The translations under genes were made by a program, and so were the position numbers. DNA of 64,000 nt. It comes from an uncultured Actinomycetota bacterium (GTDB lineage: Bacteria > Actinomycetota > Actinomycetes > JAHEKZ01). Below are positions 22,537 to 33,901 of the stretch, piece by piece. The notes below the pieces were generated by a model, which had not been told where the DNA came from, searched no databases, and saw nothing but the letters and a program-made list of their open reading frames with translations. The DNA is taken from positions 672,001-736,000 of the forward strand of contig CAWHIJ010000003.1 of assembly GCA_963829525.1 (NCBI GenBank), in the 5' to 3' direction. How positions within the stretch are numbered: the first letter of the stretch is position 1; every line of letters begins with the position of its first letter.

Positions 22537-22911
22537 ATGGACGACGGGTATATGGGCGGCTACGCGGTCATCGCCGCAGCCGTGGCCCTCGGCGTCATCT
22601 TCGTCGCGACCGGGCTGCTGGCGAACCGGCTGCTCCGCCCGGTGGTGGTCACCGCCGAGAAGTACACCACCTACGAGTGCGGACTTGACCCTGTTGGTGA
22701 CGGATGGGCGCAGACTCATATCCGCTACTACGTCTTCGCCTATCTCTACGTGATCTTCGCCGTTGACGCCGTCTACCTCTTCCCTTGGGCGACGGTCTTC
22801 GACGTAGCCGGGTACGGGCTTGTGACCCTGGTCGAGATGGTCGTCTTCATCGGCTTTCTGGCTACCGGCATCGGGTACGCCTGGCGGCGCGGCGTCCTTA
22901 GGTGGGTGTGA
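22537..22911 (+). CDS. nuoA: Complex I-like subunit A (operon 2)
   Basis: [37 protein letters not shown]. Confidence 0.9.
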   Translation: MDDGYMGGYAVIAAAVALGVIFVATGLLANRLLRPVVVTAEKYTTYECGLDPVGDGWAQTHIRYYVFAYLYVIFAVDAVYLFPWATVFDVAGYGLVTLVEMVVFIGFLATGIGYAWRRGVLRWV

Positions 22912-22912
22912 G

Positions 22913-23458
22913 GTGACGGCCGTCGATCTCCCGGCTCCGCGAGTCGGTGCGCTGTCCTCCCTGGCGCCCAAGCCGGTGCGCCTGGTGCTCAACTGGGGAA
23001 GGCGCTACAGCCTCTGGGTCTTCAACTTCGGGCTCGCCTGCTGCGCCATCGAGTTCATCGCAACCTCGATGAGCCGGTACGACTTCATTCGCCTTGGCGT
23101 CATTCCGTTCGCGCCGAGTCCTCGACAGGCCGACCTGATGGTGGTCTCCGGCACGGTGACAGACAAGATGGCGCCGGCGATCAAGCGACTCTATGAGCAG
23201 ATGCCCGAGCCCAAGTACGTCATCTCGTTCGGCGCCTGCTCCAACTGCGGCGGCCCCTACTGGGACAGCTACTCGGTGACCAAGGGTGTCGACCAGATCA
23301 TCCCTGTCGACGTCTACGTTCCGGGCTGCCCGCCTCGCCCGGAGGCGCTGCTCCAGGGAATCCTGAAGCTGCAGGAGAAGATCGCCGATGAGAATGTCGG
23401 CACTCGGTATCGGCCTTCGGCGGATGCTCTCAGGCGACCACTGGTGGAATCGTCGTGA
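22913..23458 (+). CDS. nuoB: Complex I-like subunit B (operon 2)
   Basis: [27 protein letters not shown]. Confidence 0.93.
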   Translation: MTAVDLPAPRVGALSSLAPKPVRLVLNWGRRYSLWVFNFGLACCAIEFIATSMSRYDFIRLGVIPFAPSPRQADLMVVSGTVTDKMAPAIKRLYEQMPEPKYVISFGACSNCGGPYWDSYSVTKGVDQIIPVDVYVPGCPPRPEALLQGILKLQEKIADENVGTRYRPSADALRRPLVESS

Positions 23459-24063
23459 GAATGGCAGGCGACACCGCCTCGCGATGGTCCGACATGGATG
23501 CGCTATTGGCGGCAGCTGCTGCGGCGGGTATCGACGCCGAGGTCAGCGAGAGTTTCGGCGACGTCACGGTGTCCTTCCGGCCAGATGAGTGGGTCGCCGG
23601 ATTGACGATGCTCCGCGACCGGCTGGCGCTCTCGTACTTCGACTGGTTGTCGGCAGTCGACGAAGGCGGCTCGGAGGGGTTCAGCGTCTTCTGTCACCTT
23701 TACGACCCGAGCAGTCGTGGCCACCTGCTCGCTCGCACGACGCTGGCGGCAGACGATGCGTCGCTGGCCACGGCCACCGGGGTCTTCCGCGGTGCTGCCT
23801 GGCACGAGCGCGAGACGCACGAGATGTTCGGGATCGATTTCCCCGGCCATCCGCACCTGGTGACACTGCTGCTCTCGGATGAGTTCATCGGGCATCCGCT
23901 TCGCAAGGACTTCGTGCTCACCGCAAGGGCATCAAAGTCCTGGCCGGGGGCCAAGGAGCCCGGTGAGTCCAGTGAGGGCACTCCGAGCCGGCGCAAGATG
24001 CAGCCCCCTGGCGTTCCTGACCCGGCCTGGGGCCCGCACAACGATGGTGGGGCAGATGACTGA
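23455..24063 (+). CDS. nuoC: Complex I-like subunit C (operon 2)
   Basis: [18 protein letters not shown]...GHPLRKDF. Confidence 0.9.
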   Translation: MRMAGDTASRWSDMDALLAAAAAAGIDAEVSESFGDVTVSFRPDEWVAGLTMLRDRLALSYFDWLSAVDEGGSEGFSVFCHLYDPSSRGHLLARTTLAADDASLATATGVFRGAAWHERETHEMFGIDFPGHPHLVTLLLSDEFIGHPLRKDFVLTARASKSWPGAKEPGESSEGTPSRRKMQPPGVPDPAWGPHNDGGADD

Positions 24064-25006
24064 CGCCCTCGAGGCTGCGCTCGGCCTCTTCGTCGTCTTC
24101 GCTGCCTTCCTCGTCCTTCCTTTGCTCGTCGGGCAGCTCGAGCACAAGGTGATGGCGCACATGCAGGCCAGGGTTGGTCCGATGTACGCGGGGGGCTTTC
24201 ACGGCTGGGCCCAGCTGGTCGCCGATGGCGTGAAGTTCGCCCAGAAGGAAGAGGTCGTCCCGGCTGCCGCTGACCGCACCATCTTCCGGCTTGCGCCTGC
24301 GCTCGCCCTGATCCCCTACTTCGTTGCCATGGTTGCCATCCCCATCGGCCCCGGCCTCGTAGGTCAGGAAATCGATGCTGGAGTCTTCTTCGTCCTTGCC
24401 GTCATGGGAGTCGGTGTCATCGGAACGCTGATGGCTGGGTGGGCGAGCGCAAACAAGTACTCGCTCCTTGGGGCCGTCCGCCAGGTCTCGCAGCTCATGG
24501 CGTACGAGCTGCCATTTGTGCTCGCGGCTGCGTCGGTTGTGGTGGCTGCAGGGTCGCTAGGGTTCACCGATATCGTCGACGCGTGGCAGCCGTGGTGGCT
24601 GATCTGGCAGCTCCCTGCTGGCGTGGTCTTCTTCGTCGCCGGTCTGGCCGAGTTGAACCGCCCGCCCTTCGACATGCCGATCGCGGATGCCGAGATCATC
24701 TTCGGCCCGTACACCGAGTACACCGGCTTGAGGTTCGCCCTCTTCCTGCTCGCCGAGTACGCAGGCATCGTCCTGCTGTGCTTCCTCACCGCGGTGCTCT
24801 TCCTGGGCGGTTGGAACGGTCCTTTCAGTGATTCATGGCTTTGGACGTTCGCGAAGGCCGGAGTGCTCGCTTTCGTGGTCATCTGGCTCCGCGTGAGCTA
24901 CCCCCGACTCCGGGCTGACCAGCTGCAGAAGCTCGCCTGGCAGGTTCTCATCCCAGTGGCGCTGGCTCAGCTGCTCCTGACCGGGGTGGTGACGGTCGCG
25001 TGGTGA
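24056..25006 (+). CDS. nuoH: Complex I-like subunit H (operon 2)
   Basis: [47 protein letters not shown]. Confidence 0.92.
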   Translation: MTDALEAALGLFVVFAAFLVLPLLVGQLEHKVMAHMQARVGPMYAGGFHGWAQLVADGVKFAQKEEVVPAAADRTIFRLAPALALIPYFVAMVAIPIGPGLVGQEIDAGVFFVLAVMGVGVIGTLMAGWASANKYSLLGAVRQVSQLMAYELPFVLAAASVVVAAGSLGFTDIVDAWQPWWLIWQLPAGVVFFVAGLAELNRPPFDMPIADAEIIFGPYTEYTGLRFALFLLAEYAGIVLLCFLTAVLFLGGWNGPFSDSWLWTFAKAGVLAFVVIWLRVSYPRLRADQLQKLAWQVLIPVALAQLLLTGVVTVAW

Positions 25007-25566
25007 AGGACGGCGGCGAGAGATCCGGTGGTAACGGCATCGGACTTTTCAAGGGGCTGGGAATCACCTTGTCCACGATGACGAAACGGTCGATCACTGA
25101 GCAGTACCCCGACGTTCAGCCGGAGCTCCCGCCGAGAAGCCGGGGGGTCATCGCACTGTTCGAAGAGAACTGCACTTCCTGCATGCTCTGTGCTCGTGAG
25201 TGCCCCGACTGGTGCATCTACATCGACTCGCACAAAGAGACCATTCCTGCGACTGAAGAGGGTGGTCGTGAGCGTTCGCGAAACGTTCTCGATCGTTTCG
25301 CGATCGACTTCTCCCTCTGCATGTACTGCGGCATCTGCATCGACGTGTGTCCCTTCGATGCCCTCTTCTGGTCTCCCGAGTTCGAGTACTCCGAGTTCGA
25401 CATCCGGAACATGACTCATGAGAAGGATCGGCTAGGGCAGTGGATGGCCACGGTTCCGCCACCCCCGGCGCTCGATCCATCTGCCGCCGAGGCCAAGGAG
25501 CTGCAAGGCGTCCGAAAGAAGGCTGCGGCAGCGACGCCCCCAACCGAGTCGGACGGCGACTCGTGA
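25000..25566 (+). CDS. nuoI: Complex I-like subunit I (operon 2)
   Basis: [12 protein letters not shown] and [12 protein letters not shown]. Confidence 0.92.
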   Translation: MVKDGGERSGGNGIGLFKGLGITLSTMTKRSITEQYPDVQPELPPRSRGVIALFEENCTSCMLCARECPDWCIYIDSHKETIPATEEGGRERSRNVLDRFAIDFSLCMYCGICIDVCPFDALFWSPEFEYSEFDIRNMTHEKDRLGQWMATVPPPPALDPSAAEAKELQGVRKKAAAATPPTESDGDS

Positions 25567-26090
25567 GCGATCGGTCCCTGCTGTCACCGACCGGGGTGGA
25601 CCTAGCCTTCACGCTGCTCGGCCTGGTGGCTGCTGGGTCGGCGCTGATGGTCGTGACAACCAGACAGATCGTGCATGCAGCACTTTGGCTGGTCGTCTCC
25701 CTGGGCGCTGTCGCTGGCTGCTTCCTGGTCATGACGGCCGAGTTCGTTGCGTGGATGCAGGTGCTGATCTACCTCGGAGCGGTGGTCGTCCTGCTGCTCT
25801 TCGGCATGATGCTCACGCGCGCGCCAATTGGTCCGTCCGAAGAGCTCTCCGGCACGAACCGGATTGCCGCCCTCTTCGCTGCTCTTGCGATCGTGACGGT
25901 GCTGGGAGTACTCATCGTTGACGCCTTCGACAGCACGATGATCGACGTCGAAGACCAGAAGTCAACCGCCTCTGTGATTGGTGAGTCGCTCTTCCGCTAC
26001 TGGGTGCTCCCTTTCGAGGCACTATCGGTTCTGCTGCTCTCTGCGCTTGTCGGTGCCATCGCGATCTCCAAGTCGGATGAGGAGGCGTAA
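25563..26090 (+). CDS. nuoJ: Complex I-like subunit J (operon 2)
   Basis: [38 protein letters not shown]. Confidence 0.9.
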   Translation: MSDRSLLSPTGVDLAFTLLGLVAAGSALMVVTTRQIVHAALWLVVSLGAVAGCFLVMTAEFVAWMQVLIYLGAVVVLLLFGMMLTRAPIGPSEELSGTNRIAALFAALAIVTVLGVLIVDAFDSTMIDVEDQKSTASVIGESLFRYWVLPFEALSVLLLSALVGAIAISKSDEEA

Positions 26091-26405
26091 GTGCACCTTT
26101 CGCTTCCGTTGCTCCTCTCCGTAGCGCTCCTCGGGATCGGGGTCTATGGCGTTCTGATTCGGCGTAATGCCATTCTCATCCTCATGTCCGTTGAGCTCAT
26201 GCTCAACGGAGTCAACATCAGCCTGGTCGCCTTCGACGTCTACTGGTCAGATGCGCTTCGCGCCGGACAGTCGTTGGCGATCTTCGTCATCACCATCGCG
26301 GCTGCAGAGATCGGTCTTGGTCTCGCGATCTTGTTGCTGCTCTATCGGGTCCGTCGCACGATCGCGATCGATGAGGCTACCGAGCTGCGTGAGGAAACCA
26401 CATGA
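26091..26405 (+). CDS. nuoK: Complex I-like subunit K (operon 2)
   Basis: [27 protein letters not shown]. Confidence 0.92.
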   Translation: MHLSLPLLLSVALLGIGVYGVLIRRNAILILMSVELMLNGVNISLVAFDVYWSDALRAGQSLAIFVITIAAAEIGLGLAILLLLYRVRRTIAIDEATELREETT

Positions 26406-28255
26406 CCATCGCCATTGCCATGGTGCTGATTCCTGGCCTGGCCGCCCTGCTGGGTCTGGTGCTTGGGGGAATGTCTCGTGCTGTCGCAGCAGCGATTGCA
26501 GTCGTCGGCCCGGCGACGGCTCTTGGCCTTGCGGTCTACCTGGCGGTGCAAGAGCCGTGGGTGGAGCCGCTGGTCGGGACCGGCTTTGGCGAGGGCACCT
26601 TGCCCATAGGGGCAACCGTTGTCGACGGACTTGCCAGCACGGTCGCGCTGATGGTCTGCGTCGTTTCGTTGCTGGTGCAGGTCTACTCCATCAGTTACAT
26701 GCGTGAAGAGCCGAGGTACGCCAGCTATGCCGCCTTCATCTCGCTCTTCACCGCGGCGATGTTGGCCGTCGTTGTCGCCGGTGACCTGCTGCTGCTGGTC
26801 ATCGGCTGGGAGGTCATGGGTCTCTGCTCCTACCTTCTGATCGGACAGCACTGGGAGCACGAAGAGGCCAGGCGTGCTGCGGTCAAGGCGTTCCTTGTGA
26901 CCAAGGTCGGTGACGTTGGATTCATCATCGGCATCGTCGTCCTGATTGGAGCAACAGCGACAACCCTGCTGCCGGGAGCGGTCCAGGCCGCTGCTGCCGA
27001 CCCCACCGCTGCAGCGGTTGCATCCGAGTCTGATCTTGCTCGGCGTGCTGGGTAAGTCGGCGCAGTTCCCGCTACATGCCTGGCTCCCGGATGCCATGGC
27101 CGGTCCTTCGCCGGTGAGTGCGCTCATCCACGCGGCGACCATGGTGGCGGCCGGCGTCTACGTCGTTGCCCGGATGTACCCGATGTACCTGGCGTCACCT
27201 GCAGTTCTGACGACGATGGCGGTGATCGCCTGCATCACAATGCTCGGTGCTGCGGTGATCGCCTTAGCCCAGGACGACCTGAAGCGGGTCTTGGCGTGGT
27301 CCACGGTCAGCCAGCTTGCCTACATGGTGGCGGCGCTGGCCCTGGGCGCAAGGGATGCGGCAATCTTCCACATGCTCTCGCACGCCTTCTTCAAGGCGCT
27401 GCTCTTCCTTGCCGCGGGAGCGGTGATCCATGCCGTCGGCAGCGGCGCGCTGCGTGACTTGGGCGGGCTTCGTCGACTCGATGCCGGTCACCTTCGTCAC
27501 GATGACGATCGGCCTGCTGGCACTGGTCGGGGTCTTCCCGCTTGCGGGGTTCTTCAGCAAGGAGTCTGTGCTTGTTGCTGCCGAACACGCGGCACACGGT
27601 GAGGCCCAGGTCGCTCCGTGGGTTGGTTGGACCGTTCTGGTGGTGGCCATCATCACCATCGCTGTGACTGCCGCATATGCACTACGACTGTGGTTGCTGA
27701 CCTGGTCCGGTCCACAGCGGGGCGCCCGAGCCGGGGTCTCCGAGGCGTCTGCAGCGATGTACGTGCCACTGGTGCTGCTCGCCGTTCCAGCCGTCGTCTT
27801 CGGCTTCAGCGCCCTCAACGTGGCCTGGCTTCCGACATGGATTCAGGCCAACGCGCACAGAGCCGCTCGGGACGACTGAGGCCCTGACGCCTGAGACCGC
27901 GACCATCGTTCTGTCGCTGGTCGCGGTTGCCGCCGGCGCCGGAGCTGTCCTGATCTCCTTGAACCGCGAGATGCTGGGACGTGGACGCTTCGGTTCCTTC
28001 GTGGCCGGAGGGCTCGGCGTTGATGTGGTCTACGAGGTGCTGGTAGTCCGCCCATTCCTCGTCATCGTCGGCTGGGTAACCGCCTTCGATCGACTGGCTA
28101 TCGGGCGTTCGGTCTCGGGGGTCGCCGTGGGGACGTTGAAGGCCGGCTCGCTGCTGCAACGCCCGTATCGCGGGGATGTTCAGCGCTACGTCTCCACCGC
28201 GGTCACAGCCGTCGTTGTCGCTGTCGTCGTCATGCTGGTGGCGGTGTCCACATGA
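26402..28255 (+). CDS. nuoL: Complex I-like subunit L (operon 2), three +1 frameshifts (about 27024, 27475, 27860)
   Basis: [14 protein letters not shown] in ORF 26402; [31 protein letters not shown] in ORF 26946; GFFSKE in ORF 27430; C-terminal GDVQRY in ORF 27959. Confidence 0.85.
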
Positions 28256-29760
28256 CCTCGTCATGGTTGCTGCCTGCACTTCTGCTCGTCCCCCTTCTGG
28301 GTGCCCTGGTGATGTTGCTTGCCGGACGAGGCGCTGAACGTTGGGCTACGTGGTTCGGAGTGGGAGTGCAGTCGTTAGGCCTTCTATTGACGCTCGTTGT
28401 CCTGTCGCAGTTCAGTCAGACAGAGTCCGGCGGCATCCAGATGGTCGTCGAGGCAGATTGGATCCCCGAGCTTCTCGTCAGCTTCCGTATCGGCGTCGAC
28501 GGCATCTCAGTGCCGCTGGTGGCCCTCACATCACTGCTGGGCTGGTGTGCGGCGGTCTACACGGTGCGACGGGTCCCGGAACCGGGGCGCGCTCGCGCCT
28601 TCGTCGGCCTGCTCCTGCTGCTGCAGGTTGGGATGCTCGGCACCTTCATGGCGCTCGACCTCATCCTCTTCTTCCTCTTCTTCGAGGTGGTGCTGGCGCC
28701 CATGTGGTTCCTCATCGCATTCTGGGGAAGCGGCCAGCGACGTCGCTCGGCCAATACCTTCATCCTCTACACGGTGCTCGGCTCGGTAGTCATGCTGCTG
28801 GGATTCCTGGTTGTCATCGTCGATACCGGGTCAGCCGACATGGTGGTTCTCGCGAATGGGCTGGGCGCGCAGATGTCGACGGGCACGCAGTTAACCGCTG
28901 CCCTGTTGATCCTGGGAGGTCTTGCCGTCAAGACTCCGATGTGGCCACTGCACACCTGGCTTCCGGACGCTCACACCGCTGCACCAACGGTTGGCTCGGT
29001 GCTTCTGGCAGGGGTTTTGCTGAAGATGGGTACCTACGGGATGGTGCGTATCGTCGTACCGACCCTCCCAGACGCCATGGTGAGCATCGCTCCCTACCTA
29101 GCGGCGTTCGCTGTCGTTGGCATCCTCTACGGAGCCATGGCCAGCTATGGGCAAGACGACCTGAAGCGCGTCATTGCGTTCTCATCGGTGGGTCACATGG
29201 GCTTCGTACTCCTTGGCATCTCGACTCTTTCTGTCGTCGGCATCAACGCTGCTCTCTTCGGCAACATCGCCCATGGGCTCATCACGGGCCTGCTCTTCTT
29301 CGTGGTTGGGGGCATCAAGCAGCGCACGGGCAGCACCGCCTTTGCTGAGCTTCCCCGGGGTCTTTATGCCTCGGCACCCCGACTGGGATTTCTCTTGGGC
29401 TTTGCGGCGGTAGCCAGCCTCGGAATGCCAGGCCTTGCTGGTTTCTGGGGCGAGTTCCTCGCACTCGTTGGCGCATATCACCCGCTCGTGCCGAGTCGGT
29501 TCTTCTACCGAGCCATGCTCGTCTTGGCTGCTATCGGCATGGTGTTGGCCGCTGCGTACTTCCTCAAGGTGCTGAGGCGTGTGGGTCAGGGTCCGGCGCC
29601 CGAGGCGCAGCTGGCCGATGTTGCCACTGATGAGTGGCTGTCCTGGACTCCGCTGGTTTCTCTCGTCGTAGTCCTTGGTGTTGCGCCCTTCCTGCTCCTC
29701 CGGGTCACCGAACCGGCAGTTCGGATGGTCGTGGAGTCAGTGGCTGGGACTCTGCCATGA
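28252..29760 (+). CDS. nuoM: Complex I-like subunit M (operon 2)
   Basis: FFEVVLAPM, VKTPMWPLHTWLPDAH, LLKMGTYG, IAFSSVGHMG. Confidence 0.92.
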   Translation: MTSSWLLPALLLVPLLGALVMLLAGRGAERWATWFGVGVQSLGLLLTLVVLSQFSQTESGGIQMVVEADWIPELLVSFRIGVDGISVPLVALTSLLGWCAAVYTVRRVPEPGRARAFVGLLLLLQVGMLGTFMALDLILFFLFFEVVLAPMWFLIAFWGSGQRRRSANTFILYTVLGSVVMLLGFLVVIVDTGSADMVVLANGLGAQMSTGTQLTAALLILGGLAVKTPMWPLHTWLPDAHTAAPTVGSVLLAGVLLKMGTYGMVRIVVPTLPDAMVSIAPYLAAFAVVGILYGAMASYGQDDLKRVIAFSSVGHMGFVLLGISTLSVVGINAALFGNIAHGLITGLLFFVVGGIKQRTGSTAFAELPRGLYASAPRLGFLLGFAAVASLGMPGLAGFWGEFLALVGAYHPLVPSRFFYRAMLVLAAIGMVLAAAYFLKVLRRVGQGPAPEAQLADVATDEWLSWTPLVSLVVVLGVAPFLLLRVTEPAVRMVVESVAGTLP

Positions 29761-31220
29761 CCATCCAGTCGATCGACCTGCTGACACTGTCCCCAACTCT
29801 TGTCGTGGCGTTCGGCGCGCTTCTGGCTCTGGTGGCCGAGCTGGTCACCGGGCGGGGGCAGGTCGCCATTGGTGTCGGCCTGGGCGCGTTGGTGGCGGCA
29901 ACTCCTCTCGCGGTCTTGGCGAGCGGACAGCAGACTCTGTGCAACGGGGTTGACGCATCCTGCGCCTATGTGGTCTCCCCACTGGCAGTCGCGTTGCAGT
30001 TGATCGTGTTGACGAGCACCGCTGTGGTGCTGCTGATGGCATCGGCGGACGTCGCCGCCCACACCGTTCCGGGAGGTGAGTTCACCTTCCTCATTCTCTG
30101 CTCGGCGTCCGGTGCGGTTCTCGTTCCCGCGACCAACGACCTGGTGACCTTGATCGTGGCCCTCGAGGTGGTGTCCTTGCCCACGTTCGCGCTCGTGGCG
30201 CTTCGTCGGGGCGAACCGCGTGCCGCCGAGGCTGCACTGAAGGCGTTCATCTATTCAATCGTCTCGGTTGCCGTGTCGCTCTACGGCATCTCGTTGCTGT
30301 ATGGAACCACGGGCGCGGTCGCGTTCGACCAGCTTGCCGCTGTTGCAACGCTGACCGAGCCCACTCCACTTGGTACCGCGGGTCTGGTCATGGTGCTGGC
30401 TGTCATCGGCTTCAAGGTTGCCGCGGTTCCCTTCCACGCCTGGGCGCCAGATACCTATCAGGGTGCGACAGTTCCTGTGGCCGCCTACCTTTCGGTGGTC
30501 TCCAAGGCTGCAGGGTTCGGTGCGCTTCTCCTGGTGACGTGGACCTTTGCAGGGTGGAGCGAGATCTGGGCTCCGGTCATTGCCGTGCTGGCTGGCCTCA
30601 CGATGCTCGTCGGCAATGTGGTGGCCCTGAAGCAGCGGCACGCGGTGAGGCTGTTGGCATGGTCGTCCATTGCGCAGGCGGGCTACATATTGGTGCCGCT
30701 CGCGGCAGTATCCGGATCGGTGGTCTGGGGACCCGGGGTGACCGGCGCCGTCATCGGCTACCTGGTCGCCTATGCGGCGATGAATCTTGGCGCCTTCGGT
30801 GTCGTTGCCATTGTCGCGAGACGCACCGGCGCCGCGTCGCTTGCCGACTACCGGGGGCTGGTGCGGCGTAGCCCCTGGCTGGCGGTTGCCCTCGCCTTCT
30901 TCCTCGCGAGCCTCGCCGGTCTGCCACCGGGGTTGATCGGCCTGTTGGTGAAGGTTCGGGTGCTGCTCGTTCCGGTTGACGCCGGAGTGTGGTGGCTAGC
31001 GGCTGTCATGGCAGTTGCCACGGTGATCGGCCTGGCCTACTACCTGGCGTGGGCCGCACTCCTCTTCCGGCGGTTGGACACCGCTGATGACGGAGGACCG
31101 CCCGAGCAACTGGTCAACGGGTCATGGACCTCGACCGTCGCCGTAGCCGTTTGCCTAGCCCTGACCCTGGCCTTCTCGTTGGCTCCTTCGCTGGCCCTCG
31201 GCCTGGTCGACCGGCTCTGA
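29757..31220 (+). CDS. nuoN: Complex I-like subunit N (operon 2)
   Basis: EAALK, FKVAAVPFHAWAPDTYQGA, RLLAWSSIAQAGY. Confidence 0.92.
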   Translation: MTIQSIDLLTLSPTLVVAFGALLALVAELVTGRGQVAIGVGLGALVAATPLAVLASGQQTLCNGVDASCAYVVSPLAVALQLIVLTSTAVVLLMASADVAAHTVPGGEFTFLILCSASGAVLVPATNDLVTLIVALEVVSLPTFALVALRRGEPRAAEAALKAFIYSIVSVAVSLYGISLLYGTTGAVAFDQLAAVATLTEPTPLGTAGLVMVLAVIGFKVAAVPFHAWAPDTYQGATVPVAAYLSVVSKAAGFGALLLVTWTFAGWSEIWAPVIAVLAGLTMLVGNVVALKQRHAVRLLAWSSIAQAGYILVPLAAVSGSVVWGPGVTGAVIGYLVAYAAMNLGAFGVVAIVARRTGAASLADYRGLVRRSPWLAVALAFFLASLAGLPPGLIGLLVKVRVLLVPVDAGVWWLAAVMAVATVIGLAYYLAWAALLFRRLDTADDGGPPEQLVNGSWTSTVAVAVCLALTLAFSLAPSLALGLVDRL

Positions 31221-31263
31221 TGTCCACAGGTGTTTCTCAGCCGCAGATGGTAGAAGTGGTTTC

Positions 31264-32118
31264 ATGAACCGCTACGTCAACGGAGTCAAGACCGCCTTCC
31301 TCCTCGCGCTGATGGCCGCGGTCATCATGCTGATCGGCCTCTGGCTGGGGGGCACTCAGGGTCTGGTCATCGCCTTTGTGATCGCGCTGGGGATGAATGC
31401 CTTCTCGTACTGGAACAGCGGCTCTCTTGCAATTCGCGCGATGAAGGCCCGTCCGGTTACCGAGGCTGAGCAGCCGACGATGTACCGGATCGTGCAGAAC
31501 CTCGCCATGCAGCAGGGTGAGCCGATGCCCCAGCTCTACGTGTCGCCGACGATGGCGCCCAATGCGTTTGCCACGGGCCGCAACCCACAGAACGCCAAGG
31601 TTTGTTGCACCGAAGGCATCCTGCAACTGCTCGACGAGCGCGAGCTGCGGGGGGTCTTGGCCCACGAGCTCGCCCACGTCTACAACCGAGACATACTGAT
31701 CGCATCAGTAGCCGCCACCATGGCCTCGGTGATCATGTTCATCGCGCAGTTCGCCTGGTTGCTTCCGATCGGGGGCGACCGCGAGCGAGGGAACATCTTC
31801 GGCTCCCTGGCCCTGATGATTCTCGGGCCGATTGCTGCGTCGCTGATCCAGTTCGCCATCAGCAGGTCGCGTGAGTACCAAGCCGACCAGTCGGGGGCGG
31901 AGTACACCGGAGATCCCATGGCGCTGGCCTCTGCGCTTCGCAAGCTCGAGCAAGGAACCCAGGCAGCGCCGCTGCGGCCCGAGCCAGAGCTGGAGACGGC
32001 CAGTGCGCTGATGATCGCCAACCCATTCCGGGCCAGCGGCATGACCAAGCTCTTCTCGACGCACCCCGCCACCGCAGACCGCGTCGCGCGCCTCGAGGAG
32101 ATGGCGGGCTATCGATGA
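31264..32118 (+). CDS. htpX: Zinc metalloprotease HtpX
   Basis: PNAFATGRNP, HELAH (HExxH), SRSREYQAD, FSTHP. Confidence 0.95.
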   Translation: MNRYVNGVKTAFLLALMAAVIMLIGLWLGGTQGLVIAFVIALGMNAFSYWNSGSLAIRAMKARPVTEAEQPTMYRIVQNLAMQQGEPMPQLYVSPTMAPNAFATGRNPQNAKVCCTEGILQLLDERELRGVLAHELAHVYNRDILIASVAATMASVIMFIAQFAWLLPIGGDRERGNIFGSLALMILGPIAASLIQFAISRSREYQADQSGAEYTGDPMALASALRKLEQGTQAAPLRPEPELETASALMIANPFRASGMTKLFSTHPATADRVARLEEMAGYR

Positions 32119-32164
32119 TTGACTAACTGATCAGTCAGTCAGTAGCATCGGAAGACTGATCAGT
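32119..32164 (+). promoter_or_regulatory. Sigma-A-like promoter with overlapping palindromic operators
   Basis: TTGACT-18 nt-TAGCAT; palindrome TGACTAACTGATCAGTCAGTCA (32120-32141) and a second ACTGATCAGT (32155-32164) just before the GGAGG RBS. Confidence 0.7.
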
Positions 32165-32173
32165 GGAGGTTTC

Positions 32174-33767
32174 ATGGCTCAGCGGTATGACGCCGTCGTC
32201 ATCGGTGGGGGGCACAACGGGCTCGTCGCCGCCGCCTACCTCGCGAAGTACGGCAAGCGAGTCGTCGTGCTGGAGGCTCGTCATAAGACAGGTGGGGCTG
32301 CAGACACCAGCCAGCCGTGGCCCGAAGCTCCGGAGTTCAAGGTGACGACGTTGTCGTACACGATGAGCCTGATGCCCGAGTACATCCTCAGGGATCTCCA
32401 GCTGGCCAAGTACGGGTACAAGATCAACCCCCTCGGGCTCGGCTACCTGCCCACGTCGGATGGCCGTTCGCTGATCAGCGACGGTCCGCGTCAGTACGAC
32501 TCGTTCGCGCAGTTCTCCAAGAAGGACGCCGACGCCTACGGTCCCGTACTTCGAGTGGATCGGCCGCATCGCCGGCATCTTGCACCCGCTGCTCGACAGG
32601 ACGCCACCGCACGTTGGCTCCAAGAAGATAGGCGACATCAAGGATCTCGGCCAGCTTGCGTGGGCGCTCCGTAAGGAGATCGACGAGCGCACAGTCGCCG
32701 ACATCACCAGGCTCTTCACCATGAGCGCGGCCGATCTGCTCGACCGCTGGTTCGAGAACCCCGTGGTGCTCGGCTCGCTCGCAGTCAACGGCATCATCGG
32801 CACCTGGGCCGGCCCGATGAGCCCAGGGACCGCCTACGTGCTGATGCACCACTCGGTGGGCGAAGAAGCCGAGGGCAAGGTCTCGTCGTGGGGCATGCCC
32901 GAAGGCGGCATGGGAGCGGTGGCCGACGCCTGCCGGATGGCCGCGGAGTCTTTCGGCGTCGAGATCCGGGTGAACTCTCCGGTCAGCCAGGTCACCATCA
33001 AGGACGGCCGCGTGACCGGCGTTGTTCTGGAGGACGGCGAGGAGATTGCCGCCGACCTCGTCGTCACCACGTGCCACCCGCAGATCACTTTCTTGAACCA
33101 GATCGAACGCCACCACCTGCCCGACGACTTCGTTCACGACATCGAGAACTGGCGATCACGGTCGGGCACGGTGAAGATCAACCTCGCCCTCGACCGGCTG
33201 CCGGAGTTCACCGCCGACCCAGGGTTCGACAAGGACATTCACGGCGGCGCCATCTTCATGATGGACGACCTCGAGTACCTCGAGACCGCGTTCCAGGAGG
33301 CCAGGGCAGGCAAGCCGGCGACGCTGCCGTTCTCCGACACCGAGATCCCAACGGTTTTCGACCGCACCCTGGCTCCTGAAGGCAAGCACATCATGTCGAT
33401 GTTCACCCAGTGGGTGCCCGAGTCGTGGAGCAAGGAGCCCCACGACGAGGAGCTCAAGGCCTATGCCAACCGCCTCTACGACCGCTTCGACGAGGTGGCC
33501 CCCGGTTTCAAGGACTCGATTCTTCACGAGCAGATCATCGGGCCGCATGAGATGGAGCGAGACTTCGGATTGATCGGCGGCAACATCTTCCACGGTGAGC
33601 TGACCGTCGATCAGCTCTTCCACATGCGTCCAGCCGTTGGGTACGCCGACTACCGGACGCCGATCAAGGGCCTGTACCAGGGCTCCAGCGCCACCCACGC
33701 CGGCGGCGGCGTCACGGGGATGCCAGGCCACCACGTCGTGCGCGAGATAAGGCGCGACAAGGCCTGA
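32174..33767 (+). CDS. Phytoene desaturase-family FAD-dependent oxidoreductase (+1 frameshift near 32545)
   Basis: IGGGHNGLVAAAYLA...LEAR...GGA dinucleotide fold; PEGGMGAV; GNIFHG; RTPIKGLY..GS..THAGGGV.G.PG. Confidence 0.85.
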
Positions 33768-33901
33768 CGAATGCTTCTCAACTGGCAGCCTGAGCAGACA
33801 GAAGCGGCAAGTCGGTAGGCCAGCCGGACAACACACACACGATCCGGATCGCGGGTGCGGCGGTTTCTCAGGTGTCGAGCTGATCGCTACTCTTGCATCC
33901 C

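Noticed and set aside
22537-31220. Operon 2 as a group 4 hydrogenase or Mrp antiporter
   Set aside because: No NiFe large subunit; NuoA, the tandem-Cys NuoB and the L/M/N trio identify a complex I-type set.
32174-33767. Carotenoid gene crtI
   Set aside because: No crtB/crtE/crtY adjacent, and the motifs fit the broader desaturase-like family; symbol withheld.
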